From NCBI GenBank assembly GCA_030390025.1, contig CM059443.1:4588001-4652000 (forward strand): a stretch of DNA of 64,000 nt, in the 5' to 3' direction. Shown one piece after another: positions 52,658 through 64,000 of the stretch. Below the pieces are notes generated by a model, which saw only the letters and a list, made by a program, of their open reading frames with translations, did no database searches and was not told the DNA's origin. A program made the position numbers and the translations under genes. Position 1 is the first letter of the stretch, and every line of letters starts with the position of its first letter. This stretch comes from Squalus acanthias. Lineage: Eukaryota.

Positions 52658-52694
52658 AGTTAACGTTTCAGGTCGATGACCCTTCGTCAGAACT
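52658..52694 (-). ncRNA. Minimal type I hammerhead ribozyme motif in the Penelope terminal repeat
   Basis: agtt-CTGACGA-a-gggtc atc gacct-GAAAC-GTT-aact on the minus strand. Confidence 0.6.
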
Positions 52695-53963
52695 GGAAAA
52701 AGTTAGAGATGGAACAGGTTTTTAAGCAAGTGTAGGGGCAGGGAAAGCGGGGAGGGGAGAAAAGAACAAAAGGGAAGGTCTGTGATAGGCTGGAAGGCAG
52801 GAGAGATGAAGAGACAAAAGAGATGATGGTGCAAGGCAAAAGGAGATGGTAATGGCACAAGTTAAGAAACAAAAGATGACTTTAGATGAAGTATAAATGG
52901 CAACGGCAGAATGATCGACAGCTGTCAAGTGAGAGAGAGAAAAAAAAATGAAAAAAAAAGATAGGGGCAGAGGTTATGGTCTGAAATTGTTGAACTCAAT
53001 GTTGAGTCCAGAAGGCTGTAAAGTGCCTAATCGAAAGATGAGGTTCTGTTCCTCGAGCTTACGTTGAGCTTCATTGGAACAGTGTAAGAGGCCGAGGACG
53101 GTGAGGTCTGAGTGGGAGCGGAGCAGAGAATTAAAGTGACAGGCTACCGGAAACTCGGGGTCACCCTTACGGACTGAATGGAGGTGTTCCGCAAAGCGGT
53201 CTCCCAATCTGCGTTTGGTCTCCCCACTGTAGAGGAGACCACATCGTGAGCAGCGAATACAGTATACTAAATTGCAAGAAGTACAAGTAAATCACTGGTT
53301 CACCTGGAAGGAGTGTTTGGGGCCCTGGACAGTGGGAAGGAAGGAGGTAAAAGGGCATGTGCTGCATCTCCTGCGCTTGCACGTGAAGGTGCCGGGCGAA
53401 GGGCAAGGAGTGATGGGGGTGATAGAGAAGTGGACCAGGGTGTCGCGGAGGGAGCGGTCCCTTCGGAATACTGAAAGGGGAGGTGAGGGGAAGATGCGTT
53501 TGGTGGTGGGATCACACTGGAGGTGGCGGAAATGGCGGAGGATGATCCGTTGAATGTGGAGGCTGGTGGGGTGAAAGGTGAGGACAAGGGGAACCCTATC
53601 GTGGTTCCGGGAGGGAGGGGAAGGGGTGAGAGCAGAAGTGCGGGAAATGGAACGGACCCGGTCAAGGGCCGTGTCAACCACAGTAGAGGGGAATCCTCGG
53701 TTGAGGAAAAAGGAAGACATGTCGGAAGCACTAGCATGGAAGGTGGCATCGTCAGAGCTGATGCGGCGGAGACAGAGAAACTGGGAGAATGGAATAGAGT
53801 CCTACAGGAAGCGAGGTGGGAGGAAGTGTTGTCCAGGTAGCTGTGGGAGCCAGTGGGCTTATAGTGGATGTTTGTCAATAGTCTATCCCCTACACTTGCT
53901 TAAAAACCTGTTCCATCTACAACTTTTTCCAGTTCTGACGAAGGATCATCAACCTGAAACGTT

Positions 53964-56510
53964 GGGCTGGATTTTGTCATTGGGGGAACTCCAGGAACAG
54001 GTGCAGGGGTCTCTGGCAGGTTTTGTCTCCAGGGTCGCTGCGAGTGTGGAGCAAATGGAGGAGTCCATCGCTAACATGAACACAGCCTTTGTGGAGGCTT
54101 TGGCGCATGAACACATCACCACGGAAAGGATGACAACCTCCGTGGAAAGGATGGCTACCTCCGTGGTAAGGCTGGCTACCGTAGAGGAGAGGATGGCTAT
54201 GGTGGAGGAGAGGATGGCTACGGCCATGGAGGAGCTTAGTCGCCAGGGTCTTGAAAACATGGTCATTGTTCAGAATAGACTGACATCTCTTGAAGTGCGA
54301 TGGTCAGATATTGAGCAGAGAAACCAGACCTTCATGGAAGTCCTCTGGAGTAGGACATCCAATGCAGAAATGGGTCCTCATGGCCCCCCTGAAGTGCAGC
54401 AAGGTGCTGTCAAGCCACTTGCTAGCTATGAAGTGGGGCTGACCCATGAGAGGGATGTTGGTGGCAGAGAACAAGGAAGTGGGGGCTCCTCTCCAAGCGC
54501 TCACACGACCATGCCACTGCAGTGCCCTCGGTCAGAGCCTCACCAGAGTCCTCACCCAACTGAGATCGGTGTCTCAGTCCCTGCACTGCCGCAGGAGCAG
54601 CAGACTGTTGCCGAGCCCTCACAAGCTCGCAACCCCAGAGGACACCCGCCAAAGGAGTCGAGGCAGGAGCAGCAAGAAAGTGAGCAAGGGGCCTTCACAT
54701 CTGCTGAAGCCACAGGGGAAGCACAACGTAGGAGCATGCGTAAGAGGAAGATAATGCACAAGTAGTCACAAGGGTAGTCACTTGAGTGTTATGTTGTGTT
54801 TATTTTTGAAATGCCATCAGTTGCTTGTTGTGATAAAAAAATTCTGATGGCAAACTGTTGAAGTTGTGGCCTGTTGTGGCTATGCGATGAGCCACTTGTT
54901 CCTCAGGCATCTGCAAGCCACGATGCTGTGCCATGTTGTGAAGTGCACAGCAGACCACAACGATTCTGGAGACCCTGCTGAGTACTGCAGGGCTCCACCT
55001 GATCTATCAAGGCATTTGAAGCGCATCTTCAGCAAGCCGATGGTTTGCTCGATTATGGATCTGGTGGAAATGTGGCTGGAGTTGTAGCGCTCCTCAGCTT
55101 CGTTGGATGGGCTCCTCAACGGTGTCATTAGTCAGGTCTTCAGGGGATAGCCCTTGTCTGCAAGTAGCCATCCGAAAAGTTGGTCTGGCGGACTGAAGAG
55201 CGGAGGCACACTGGACTGGCGCAGGATGAAGGAGTCATGGCAAATGCCAGGGTACTTGGCGCAAACATACAAAATTCGCTTCTTGTGGTCACACACCAGC
55301 TGCACGTTGAGGGAATGGAAGCCCTTGCAGTTGACAAAAATACCTGGATTATGATGGGGTGCCTTAAGGGCCACATGCGTGCAGTCAACGATGCCCTGCA
55401 CCCTTGGAAAGCCTGCCAGATTAGCAAATCCAACCGCACGCGCGCTTACACTTGCTTGATCCTTGGAGAAGTTGATGTATTTGTGCGCGATGGCAAAGAG
55501 GGCATCGGTTACCTGCGTGATACAAGTGTGTGCGGCCGCCTGGGAGACGCCGCTGATGTCTGCTGCTGATCCCTGGAATGAGCCTGAAGCAAAAAAGTTC
55601 AGTGCGGTGGTGACTTTGACGGCCACTGGTAAGGGGTGTCCATCCGCTCCTCTGGGCTCCAGGTCTTGCTGCAGCATTGCGCAGATGTCACCCACTACCT
55701 CTCGCGAAAGTCTGAGCCTCCTTTAGCACTGCTGCTCAGTCATGTTGAGGTAGCTCATCCTCTGTCTGTAAACCCTGTTTTGGGGGTATCTCCTGTGGCG
55801 ACATGCTTCCCTGCACTGGCACCTTCTTGCCTGTGCAGCTTCAGGTGGGTGAGCAGCAGCTTGGCGCTCCTGTTATTGCTCCTGCTGTTGGTGCTGCTGT
55901 TGCTCATGGTTCTGCTGCTGCCGCGGCTGGTCTTCATCCGAATCTGATGTCCAGGAGGAAAGGAAATAAATGGTTCCCATTCTTCTGGTATATGCCTCAG
56001 TTGAGGAAGCGCTCAGTCAAGGTGGGGAGAGGGGTTTCCCAGGAGGTCACACTGGAGATGGGTGTCAGGCTCCAAACTTCCACAACAATGAGTAGGCCTG
56101 CTAAAAGTTCCCCCAGAGCTGAGACAACAAAGTTCTGCCACCTGCAAATGATGATTGCTGAAAACTCCTTTTTAATGGTGGAGCTGCAGCTGTTAGTAAG
56201 CAATCCACTTGTGAGGCCGCCAGGATTAACTGGCGTGTTCCAGAGGAGACGTGCAGCACGGGGGAAAAGTGTTAAATTCAGAAAGGCCTCTCAAAATTGG
56301 ATTATAGAGGCACTTAACTGGTTGTTAAGGGCCTTAAGGGCCTATCCCGCCTCTTGAAGGCAGGGTGGAAACGGAGTCTGAAACCCCGATTCTGGGAAAA
56401 TTGCTCGGAGCTGGGCTGGAGGCAGGATCGGAACCGCCCGCCATTTTTTGCGATTTTAACACCTCACACGCCTCCAATCCCGCCTCCTCGGGCCTGGCAA
56501 AATCGAGCCC
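53964..56510. mobile_element. Third Harbinger element (internally deleted) nested in the Penelope repeat
   Basis: TIRs GGGCTGGATTTTG / CAAAATCGAGCCC, 3-bp TSD GTT; transposase remnant about 54870-55980 (-) with premature stops; probable 3' part of the partner gene about 53990-54765 (+). Confidence 0.92.
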
Positions 56511-58444
56511 GTTAACTCTGTTTCTCTCTCCACAGATGCTGCCTGACCTGCTGAGTATTTCCAGCATTTTCTGTTTTTATTCCCTATCAGACAACGTTGG
56601 TTTGATTAGTTCCTCTGAGAATGTGCACTGTTCTCATTCTGGAGAGAGACAGAGCCATTACTCATAGTTTGAGACTTTTACCTAATTGGCCTGGAAGTTA
56701 GTTTGTTTTTTATGTATTTGATGATGTTACTGTGAAGTGAAATTCAGTTCTGGTTAACTACCAGAGACACACAAACTATCCAGGATGTCGGTTAGGACTA
56801 TTAGTTTGAATATCAGATCAAGCTGCTATCAGAAATGGATAATTCTTTCTATTTTCTACATTACAAAAGTCACTACACTTCAAAAAGTACTTCATTGGCT
56901 TTAAAGCGCTTTGGGACGTCCTGAGGTTGTGAAAGGCGCTATATAAATGACACTTTGGTTTGGCACTTGTTGAGCCAACACAGAGGGGTCAGAGGTCAAC
57001 CTTTGCCTGGGGCAGTTTGAACCTGCAACAGTCTGATTGAGACAGAGTTGTCACCTGGAGGCTGCAAATATCGGAAAATGGGTTGGGTCTGGGGGAAAGC
57101 GGGGTGGGGTCGGGGGGAGGTGGTTCTTTATAGGTGTGTGCTTTGACCTGCCCAACTTGCCGATATCCCAGGATTCCAGTGTTCCCTGTTACAGACCCTG
57201 GAAAATCTCCCCTTATGGATGACAGGCAATTGATTGAAACGTGCTGTGAAAACGACATTCTGTCCATTCACATGTTTCATTTATAAACAGATAGGCTAAC
57301 AGAAGTGGCAATGCATGAGAGATTGAAATGTCGCACACACACACAAGGCATCTTATTGTTACAATCCCAGGGTCACACTATCGTTTAACTAGACATTGGA
57401 CAGTAAAAAATACCCTCCCGTTCATAGGGGAGGAGAGCTCTGCTTACAGGAGTGACCATTGACACTAAACCCAAGTGACTATCGAGTGCAGACCTAAAAT
57501 TTGTATCCTCTGCAATGGCAATCCTACCAGGGGGTGCATCATGCCAGGAGATCGGGAACGGGGGTTGGGTGGATCTCAAAATTAGCACCTGTGACTTGAG
57601 AGGGTTTTCTGGCATAAAGGCCTTGCAATAGCTGCTCATCTTCAGTCCATTCAGGTGACCCATGTTTCCAGGTCACCGTGGTGAGACTTTACTCTGTGAT
57701 TGCCGAGATGTCCACATATGGCAAAAGCTCACAGAAAGGACTCTGACAAACGACTGGAAGAATCGCAAAACACTTTGCTCTTTTACCCTCAGGGAAAGGT
57801 TGAAAGTATCTGAGAACGAGGCAGTGTGTTGCTAGTTTCTCTGCTGATTTAAATTGCTTCGTATAAATTTCTTCCTTGAAATTTAAAAAAATTGTATTTG
57901 CTTGAAACATATGACCTTTCGGTGTGGGGTAATTCGAGAGATCAGGGAAAATCAATATTTCCAGTCTTAACCCACCTGGACATGCTGCCTCCCATTCACT
58001 TCATGCATAAGTTTAAGTTTCAATTCAGAACGGGCTCGGGCCTTTCCTAATCAGCATGAGTGTTGGGAGACAGTCAAATTGGGACGTGTCTCAGGATGAC
58101 AAACCACACAATACACTCCCTCCATGACCACACACAGAATCATAGAATCTGACAGCACAGAATGAGCCATCCGACCCATTGCACCTGTGCTGATGCTCTG
58201 AAAGACCCATTCACTTGGTTCCATCATTCTACCCTTTCACCTGCCCTTTTAAATCTCTCTTTTTCAAATATTAATCACATCCTCTTTAAAAAATATGTTG
58301 CATTGTTCCCCCCACTGTTTCTGGTGGGGCATTCTATGCCCTAACTACCCTGCACATGATAAAAAAAATCTCCAACCCTCTCCTTTCATTCCTTCAGCGA
58401 TGATCTTAAATTTATTCCCTCAAGTTACTAACTCACTAAACTCT

Positions 58445-61400
58445 GGAAATAGTTCATAAAAATAGAAAATGCTGGAAATACTCAGCAGATCAGGCAGCAT
58501 CTGTGGAGAGAGAAGCAGAGTTAACGTTTCAGGTCGATGACCCTTCGTCAGAACTGGAAAAAGTTAGAGATATAACAGGTTTAAGCAAGTACAGAGGCAG
58601 GAAAGAACAAAAGTGAAGGTCTGTGATAGGGTGGAAGGCAGGAAAGATTAAATGACAAAAGGGATGATGGTGCGAGTCAAAAGGAGATGGTAATGGGACA
58701 AGTAAAGGAACAAAAGATGGGTCTAGAAGAGGTGTAAATGGGAATGGCAGAATCATCAACAGCTGCCGTCCAAAACAATAGGAGCAGATGTTGTGATCTG
58801 AAGTTGTTGAACTCAATGTTGAGTCTGGAAGGATGTAAAATGCCTAATCGAAAGATGAGGTGTTGTTCCTCAGCTTACGTTGTGCTTTATTGGAACAGTG
58901 TAGCAGGTTGAAGACAGAAAGGTCAGAGTGGGAGTGGAGCGGAGAATTAAAGTGACAGGCAATCAGAAGTTCGGCGTCACACTTGCGGACTGAATGGAGG
59001 TGTTTCGCAAAGCGGTCGCCCAATCTGCGTTTGGTCTCCCCAGTGTACAGGAGACCGCATCAGGAGCAGCGAATACCGTCTACTAAATGGAAATAATACA
59101 AGTAAATCACTGTTTGACCTGGAAGGAATGTTTGGGGCCTTGAATGGTGGGAAGGGAGGAAGTAAAAGGGCATGTGTTGCATCTCCTGCACTTGCCCTGG
59201 GAAGGGGAGGGGCTGTTTAGGGTGATTGAGGAGTGGACCAGTGTGTGGCGGAGGGAACGGTCCCTTTGGAATGTTGCAAGGGGAGGTGAGGAGAAGATGT
59301 GTTTGGTGGTGGGATCACGCTGGAGGTGGCGGAAATGGCGCAGGATGATCCGTTGATCCGTTGAATGGGAAGGCTGAAACGGCACCGATACAATCATCAA
59401 TGTACCGGAAAAAGAGGGGAGGGAGGGGACCCGAGTAGGACTGGAACAAATAATGTTCCACAAATCCCACGAAAATGCAGAAACTCCAGTATGATTTGGA
59501 CAGGTTGGGTGATTGGGCAGAAGCACGGCAGATGCAGTATAATGTGGATAAATGCGAGGTTATCCACTTTGGTGGCAAAAACAGAAAGGCAGATTATTAT
59601 CTGAATGGCAATAGATTGGGAGAAGGGGAAGTGCAACGAGACCTGGGTGTCCTTGTGCACCAGTCGCTGAAGGTAAGCATGCAGGTGCAGCAGGCAGTTA
59701 AGAAGGCAAATGGTATGTTGGTCTTCGTAGCGAGAGGGTTTGAGTACAGGAACAAGGATGTCTTGCTGCAGCTGTACAGGGCCTTGGTGAGACCACACCT
59801 TGAGTATTGTGTGCAGTTTTGGTCGCTTTATCTGAGGAAGGATGTTCTTGCCATGGAGGGTGTGCAGCGAAGATTCACCAGGCTGATACCTGGGATGGCA
59901 GGAATGACGTACGAGGAGAGATTGGGTCAATTGGGCTTATACTCGCTGGAGTTTAGAAGAATGAGAGGAGATCTCATTGAAACTTATAAAATTCTAACAG
60001 GGCTAGACAGACTGGATGCAGGAAGGATGTTCCCGATGGCGGGGGAGTCCAGAACAAGAGGTCACAGTCTAAAGATAAGGGGTAAGCCATTTAGGACAGA
60101 GATGAGGAGGAATTTCTTCACCCAGAGAGTGGTGAACCTGTGTAATTCTCTACCACAGAAGGCAGTTGAGGCTAACTCAGTAAATATATTCAAGAAGGAG
60201 TTAGATATATTGCTTAAGGCTAAAGGTATCAAGGGATATGGAGAGAAGGCAGGGACAGGGTACTGAGTTTGGATGATCAGCCATGATCTCATCGAATGGC
60301 GGTGCAGGCTCGAGGGGCCGAATGGCCTAATCCTGCTCCTATCTTCTATGTTTCTATGTTTCTATAGCTAGGACCCATGTGGGTTCCCATAGCAACACCT
60401 TTTATTTGCAGGAAGCGAGCGGAGTCAAAAGAGAAGTTGTTTAATGTGTGAACAAGATCAGCCAGGCGGAGGAGGGTGGTGGTGAATTGGGACTAGTTGG
60501 GCCTCTGTTCAAGCGGAGTGCCCTCAGGCCATCCTGGTGGGAGATGGAGGTGTATAGGGATTGGATGTCCATGGTGAAAAGGAAACGTTTAGAGCCAGTA
60601 AAATGGAAACTGTTAAAGTCACGGAGGGCATTGGAAGAGTCGCGGATGTAGGTGGGAAGAGACTGGACAAGGGCAGAAAAGTAGAGTCGGTATAGGAAGA
60701 AATCAGTTCCATGGGGCAAGAACAGGCTGAAACGATGGGTCTGCCAGGGCAGAGTCCTGTTTGTGGATCTTGGGAAGGAGGTAGAAGCAGGCTGTGCAGG
60801 ATTATGAGGTTGGCAGCAGTGGAGGGAAGATCTCCAGAGGAGATGAGATCAGTGACAGTCTTGGAAACGATGGCTTGATGTTCGGAAGTGGGGTCATGGT
60901 CCAGGGGGAGGTAGGAGAAGGTGTCAGAGAGTTGGCATTCAGCCTCCGCAAGGTAGAGGTCGGTTCACCAAACAACAACAGCACCACCCTTGTCAGCAGG
61001 TTTGATGATGTTAGGGTTGGATTTGAGAGAATGGAGTGCTGCAAGTTCAGAGGGAGGTAGGTTAGATTGAGTGAGGGGAGCAGAGAAATTGAGACGGCCG
61101 ATGTAACGCCGGCAGTTCCCAATGAAAATATCTAGAGAGGGTAAGAGGCCAGAGGGTAGAACGAGAATTCTGAAAATGGGAGAAAGTGCCCGCTGTGTGG
61201 GGGAAGACTCCAAGCCAAAGAAGTGGGCACTGAGGCGAAGGCGATGGAATAAGAGCTCAGTGTCATGCCGAACTCCAAATTCATTGAGGTGGGTGCGTAA
61301 GGGAATGAAGCTGAGGCCTTTCCTGAGGACTGATCGTTCTTGGTCAGACAGGAGGTGGTCAGGGGGATAGTGAAAACACGGCAAGGGGTGAGAATGGAAG

Positions 61401-64000
61401 AAGGGATAGGGTCAGAGGAAAGTGAAGGGGAAGAGGTTTCCAGAAGGATGATGGTATCCAAGAGTCGTTGAAACAACTGGAAATAATTGTTACCCAATTT
61501 ACTTTACCAAAAGTTTTCAATTTTCAACACCTGTATTAGATCTCTTCTTAACCCTCCTTGTTCTACTGAAAAGACCCTCAATTACTCTAGTCCCGCCTCA
61601 TAACTAAAACTTATCATCTGATATTAGTTTAGGGAATCTGTTCTGTACCCTCCCCATGTACTTGACATCCTTCCTAAAGTAGGGGGCCCAAAATTGGACA
61701 AAGTATTCTAATTATGGCCAAACCAATGATTTGTAAAGGTTTACATAGAAACATAGAAGATAGGAGCAGGAGCAGGCCATTCAGCCCCTCGAGCCTCCTC
61801 CGCCATTCAATGAGATCATGGCTGATCATCCAAATTCAGTACCCTGTCCCTGCCTTCTCTCCATATCCCTTTAGCTTTAAGAAATATATCTAACTCCTTC
61901 TTGAATATATTTAATGAATTGGCCTCTACTGCCTTCTGTGGTAGATAATTCCACAGGTTCACCACTCTCTGGGTGAAGAAATTCCTCCTCATCTCTGTCC
62001 TAAATGGCTTACCCTTTAACCTTAGACTGTGACCCCTGGTTCTGGACTCCCCGGCCATCGGGAACATCCTTCCTGCATCCAGTCTGTCCAGTCCTGTTAG
62101 AATTTTATAAGTTACAATGAGATCCCCTCTCATTCTTCTAAACTCCAGCGAGTATAAGCCCAATCGACCCAATCTCTCCTCATACGTCATTCCTGCCATC
62201 CCAGGTATCAGTCTGGTGAATCTTCGCTGCACTCCCTCCATGGCAAGAACATCCTTCCTCAGCTAAGGCGACCAAAACTGCACACAATACTCAAGATGTG
62301 GTCTCACCAAGGCCCTGTACAGCTGCAGCAAGACATCCTTGTTCCTGTACTCGAACCCTTTCGCTACGAAGGCCAACATACCATTTGCCTTCTTAACCGC
62401 CTGCTGCACCTGCATGCTTACCTTCAGCGACTGGTACACAAGGACACCCAGGTCTCGTTGCACTTCCCCTTCTCCCAATCTGTTGCCATTCAGATAATAA
62501 TCTGCCTTCCTGTTTTTGACACCAAAGTGGATAACCTCGCATTTATCCACATTATATTGCATCTGCCATACTTCTGCCCAATCACCCAACCTGTCTAAAT
62601 CATACTGGAGTTTCTCGGCAACCTCCTCACGGCACACATCCCACCCAGCTTTGTGTCGTCTGCAAACTTGGAGATATTACATCCAATTCCCTCGTCTAGA
62701 TCATTAATATATATTGTGAATAGCTGGGGTCCTAGGACCGATCCCTGCGGTACCCCATTAGTCACTGCCTGCCACTCGGAAAAAGACCCGTTTATTCCAA
62801 CTCTTTGCTTTCTGTCTGCCAACCAGTTCTCTATCCAAGTCAATACCTTGCCCCAATCCCATGTGCCTTAACTTTACACGCTAATCTCTTATGCGAGACC
62901 TTATCGAAAGCCTTCTGAAAGTCCAAATACGCCACATCCACCGGTTCTCCCTTATCTACTTTACCAGTTACATCCTCAAAAAATTCCCATAGATTAGTCA
63001 AGCACGATTTACCTTTTGTAAATCCATGTTGACTTTGTCCGATCCTGTCACTGTTTTGCAAGTGCTCTGCTATTACATCTTTTATAATGGACTCTAGCAT
63101 TTTCCCCACTACCGCTGTCAGGCTTACCGGTCTATAATTCCCTGTTTTCTCTCGACCACCTTTTTTGAATAGTGGGGTAACATTAGCTACCCTTCAATCC
63201 ATGGGTACTGTTCCAGAGTCTATAGAATTTTGGAAGATGACCAGCAATGCATCTACTATTTCTAGTTTAGCATTACCTCTTTGCTATTGAACTCTATGCT
63301 CCTACATACAAAACATAGAGAGATATACTGAGATAGAGGATCAGCTATGATCATATTGAATGGCAGAGCAGGCTCGAATGACCTACTCCTGCTCCTATTT
63401 TTCTATGTTCCTAAAGGATCCAATATGCTTTTTTACAGCTTTATCAACTCTGTCTCCCACAGTTATAGATCTGTGTATCTGAACCCTCAAATCTCTCTCC
63501 TCCTTTTAAAATGTTATTGTTTAGTGTAAAGTGCTCTCTTATTCTTCCTCCCAAAATGTAACACTTCAAATATCTCTATTAAATTTCATCTATCTGCCCG
63601 ATCTACTAACCTGTCTATATCCTCCTTAAGTTTTGTACAAGTTTATTCATAGTTAACCACTCTCGCAATTTTTGCATTGACTAAAACTTTTGATATATCC
63701 TCATACTCAAGTCCAGATCATTTATATATTGAGGAAAGCAATGGTCCCAACACTGGCCCCTGGGAGAATGTGGGGGGCAGGGGAGGGAGGTGCAGGGAAG
63801 GGGGGTTACACCACTAAATCACCCTCCAGGCTCAAATTGATTACTTTAATTTTATCAACAAGCCTCTTATGTCTCACCTTATCACCCTTTGGAAAGTCCA
63901 TAGACAACATCTACTCCATTTCCTTCATCAATAGACTCTCTCCTCAAAAGAATTCTATTACATTTTTCTGACATGACTTGGCTTTTATGAAACTATGCTG
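58445..64000 (+). repeat. Segmental duplication copy 2 (Penelope about 58458-61459, nested CR1 59476-60365, CR1s 61500-64000)
   Basis: Near-identical to 32249-37800; runs off the window end. Confidence 0.95.
58519..58555 (-). ncRNA. Hammerhead ribozyme motif in the Penelope terminal repeat
   Basis: Same motif as 52658-52694 with an intact core. Confidence 0.55.

Larger units (their letters stand above)
52556..56581 (-). mobile_element. 5'-truncated Penelope-like element with inverted terminal repeat and 14-bp TSD
   Basis: GIY-YIG C-terminus (GDRFAEHL...VACHFNS...LEEQNLIFRLGTLQPSGLNIEF), HYKPT thumb motif; TSD ccctatcagacaac at 52542-52555 and 56582-56595. Confidence 0.9.

Noticed and set aside
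53578-54765. 395-aa ORF with coiled-coil-like repeats
   Set aside because: Chance fusion of antisense Penelope sequence with the internal remnant of the nested Harbinger; it crosses the TIR/TSD junction at 53964.

Overview
Vertebrate genomic DNA, almost certainly from a cartilaginous fish (shark-type CR1/L2/Penelope/Deu-SINE repeats and cluster-type Ig organisation). The core is a minus-strand tandem array of immunoglobulin light-chain mini-loci of the sigma type. There are two complete, unrearranged clusters, each ordered octamer promoter, leader, V with 12-RSS, J with 23-RSS, C. Cluster A spans about 26.6-31.7 kb and cluster B about 38.2-43.3 kb, and their V, J and C translations are identical. 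A third, orphan C exon at 14.7-15.0 kb has lost its splice acceptor. Segment 32249-37.8k recurs at 58445-64000 (offset about 26.2 kb), which implies a 26-kb repeat unit, suggests the 500-N gap hides about 15 kb, and predicts another cluster just past the window end. The rest is mostly transposon-derived: CR1, L2 and a Zenon-like LINE, Penelope-like elements with hammerhead ribozyme motifs, three PIF/Harbinger elements plus MITEs, Deu-domain SINEs and simple repeats. Most ORFs in the six-frame track are TE fragments or spurious. Notable oddities are a J segment with LGKG instead of FGxG, conversion-like homogenisation of the C exons, a chimeric 3' UTR, cryptic RSS-like sites, and a Harbinger inserted exactly at a ribozyme cleavage triplet.
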